From Patescibacteria group bacterium (GTDB taxonomy: Bacteria; Patescibacteriota; Minisyncoccia; Phycocordibacterales; UBA9973), in the NCBI GenBank assembly GCA_038063915.1, contig JBBTUE010000003.1, forward strand, positions 1-38,389: a stretch of DNA of 38,389 bases, in the 5' to 3' direction. Shown piece after piece: positions 36,747-38,389 of this stretch. Positions within the stretch are counted from its first letter, which is position 1. Each line of letters starts with the position of its first letter. The position numbers and the translations under genes are program-made. The notes beneath the pieces are model-generated. The model worked only from the letters and a program-made list of their open reading frames with translations. It searched no databases and was not told where the DNA came from.

Positions 36747-37847
36747 TTAAAACGTTCCAGTCGCTATGAATGTTAGAGTGTCTGTATAGTCATTGTGGGA
36801 TGGGGTTACATTACTTACTTCAGCATTTACGACTACTTCGGCATGTCCACCAGAGAGTGGAGCGCCAGCAGAATTGAGGATGTTTGTAGGTGATATAGAG
36901 AGAGCTCTCACCCCATTCGTGCCAGAGGAAAGTGCACATGAATCTGACACATATCCGGTTGCTCTTGTGAATCCTGTGAGGCCTGCTGTTGCCACGCATA
37001 GGCCATAATTCTCGCTACCGGCAGCCATTGTAGCTTGTGCACTATTAATATTATCTCCTGGTACTGAAGTAGAAACGAGGCCACTTCCTCCATTAGTATT
37101 TTGAACTGTTATTACAATACCCCCGAGAGCATTTGTATCAGCTTCGACGACAATCATCCGAACGGTATCCCCCGAGCCACCGTTTGAATGAACAACCGCA
37201 GACGGAGTAATAGTTCCCAAGGCGACTGAGTAAGGAGCACCGGACTCCCCACTCCCAAAGTCAGATGCGGTATCCAAATCGAAACTTATTGTCTGTGGAG
37301 TAACAGTCGCGCAAATTTTTCTGGTATACGCAGATCCATCTCCAACATGGGCGTTATCAGATGCAGATATCGATGCAATAGTCGTATCGTACCCTGTGCA
37401 ATTTGAATTCTGATAACCGACAGTTATAGTATCATTGCCAATTAAATCAGATAGACAAACATCTGTACCATAAGTATTAATACTAGTCTCTTGAATTGTG
37501 CCATTTGTTACTCCAGATATTCTGGCGAAAATTTGTTTATTAAAAGCTCCACACGAGTTTCCAATTGAAGAAGAGCTTGAGCAACAGACTACATTGTTAT
37601 CATAATTTGTATTCGACTGGCTCGGAAGTTCTGAGTGGGCATTTGTCGAGCCTGACATACGCAGAAGTGTAACACTGCCCCCAGTGCAGGCAGCTTGTGT
37701 TGTAACAGAGCAAGAAATTGCAGCAAAAATATAATGTGCAGGATAAAAAAGCAACGATAATATTATACCTAGATTGATATAATTAGAATTTTTTGTCTTT
37801 GAGCGGGCCTGTTGTTGCCTCGGGTATTTTAGTATTTGTTTGATCAT
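36747..37847 (-). CDS. Secreted protein with a Cys-rich N-domain and a WxL-like/pilin-like C-domain
   Basis: ISCSVTTQAAC...NVVCCS...TDVCL...SNC...RKICA; ends HNDYTDTLTFIATGTF. The start overlaps the upstream gene by 65 nt and is uncertain. Confidence 0.65.
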   Translation of the reverse strand: MIKQILKYPRQQQARSKTKNSNYINLGIILSLLFYPAHYIFAAISCSVTTQAACTGGSVTLLRMSGSTNAHSELPSQSNTNYDNNVVCCSSSSSIGNSCGAFNKQIFARISGVTNGTIQETSINTYGTDVCLSDLIGNDTITVGYQNSNCTGYDTTIASISASDNAHVGDGSAYTRKICATVTPQTISFDLDTASDFGSGESGAPYSVALGTITPSAVVHSNGGSGDTVRMIVVEADTNALGGIVITVQNTNGGSGLVSTSVPGDNINSAQATMAAGSENYGLCVATAGLTGFTRATGYVSDSCALSSGTNGVRALSISPTNILNSAGAPLSGGHAEVVVNAEVSNVTPSHNDYTDTLTFIATGTF

Positions 37848-38238
37848 CTTTACTATTATTTAGTGGAGCAGTCTCAATAATCTTGTTGATGCTTGGGCGA
37901 TACAACACCGCCTTTCTAGCATTACTAAATATCAAGACTTTGTCGCCTTTTTGAGACTGGGTGAAAAAAGATTGGTCCTTTAGAGCGTTTGGGTCAGAAA
38001 CAGTGGCAACAGTGGGCTCCTCCCCAGTAGGTATAAGATATATTTTTGCAACCTTTGATAATAAGTCTTCTGCCTCTTTTTTGGCTTCAGCGTTAGGATT
38101 TTTGATCAACTTAGTATATTTGTAGTAAAAATAACCTCCAAACGAAAGCGAAGTAGCAATAATCACTATAATAATAATAGCGGAGGGACGGAAAAATTTC
38201 CTTTTACTTATTGATTTTTCATCTTCGTAATATTCCAC
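37783..38238 (-). CDS. Bitopic membrane protein of a CPR-type conserved hypothetical family
   Basis: TM AIIIIVIIATSLSFGGYFYY; EEPTVATVSD...FF...KGDKVLIF...KAVLYRPS..KIIE motif; GTG start. Confidence 0.75.
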   Translation of the reverse strand: MEYYEDEKSISKRKFFRPSAIIIIVIIATSLSFGGYFYYKYTKLIKNPNAEAKKEAEDLLSKVAKIYLIPTGEEPTVATVSDPNALKDQSFFTQSQKGDKVLIFSNARKAVLYRPSINKIIETAPLNNSKDDQTNTKIPEATTGPLKDKKF

Positions 38239-38274
38239 TTGTGTAATTATAGAACAAATGTATTAATTCAGCAA

Positions 38275-38389
38275 TTAGGCAGATATTGGTTCTGGGATTG
38301 GAGTTTCAGCCGGAGGCTGTTCAGTCTCTGGCTGAGGAGTAGGGTCAGCACAAGTGTTCGTTGTTGTATCTAGTATCTGTGGCTCTACA
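38275..38389 (-). CDS. C-terminal fragment of a secreted-type protein (open at right edge); in frame with the giant ORF if the ends are joined
   Basis: VEPQILDTTTNTCADPTPQPETEQPPAETPIPEPISA-TAA(38277-38275); one spare base (38389) precedes the first full codon. Confidence 0.7.
   Translation of the reverse strand, partial: VEPQILDTTTNTCADPTPQPETEQPPAETPIPEPISA

Noticed and set aside
1-38389. CRISPR array, diversity-generating retroelement, invertible shufflon
   Set aside because: No equal-length repeat-spacer series, no reverse transcriptase or adenine-specific template/variable pair, and no recombinase or inverted cassettes; the repeats are direct and coding.

Overview
This looks like a bacterial chromosome-type segment in genetic code 11, most consistent with a Patescibacteria/CPR (Parcubacteria-like) organism. 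That assignment is inferred from protein style, the shortened SMC, the NusB-Nudix fusion and the rpsP-khpA-trmD order without rimM; no database search was run. The centre (14.7-30.3 kb) holds housekeeping genes (trmD, khpA, rpsP, rnr, a VanY-type peptidase, smc, rnc, nusB-Nudix, rpmF, thrS, gyrB) interrupted by three stand-alone orphan genes. Both flanks carry minus-strand secreted or membrane-anchored proteins. These include a giant fibre-like ORF of at least 3471 codons (10415 to the left edge) with a signal peptide and a peptidase-S74-like chaperone, which the supplied ORF track missed because it has no stop inside the window. They also include a membrane-tethered excisionase-like HTH, an FN3 protein, four WxL/pilin-like subunits, two DUF916-like partners, a dockerin protein, two cohesin proteins and a kinase-less sensor. 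The two window ends join in frame on the minus strand (...PTPTDVC-P-VEPQILDTTTNTCADP...stop), which would complete the giant protein at 3509 aa and unite the two surface clusters into one locus. The window may therefore be a circle or a circular permutation. No rRNA, tRNA, CRISPR array, integrase, transposase or phage structural genes were recognised.
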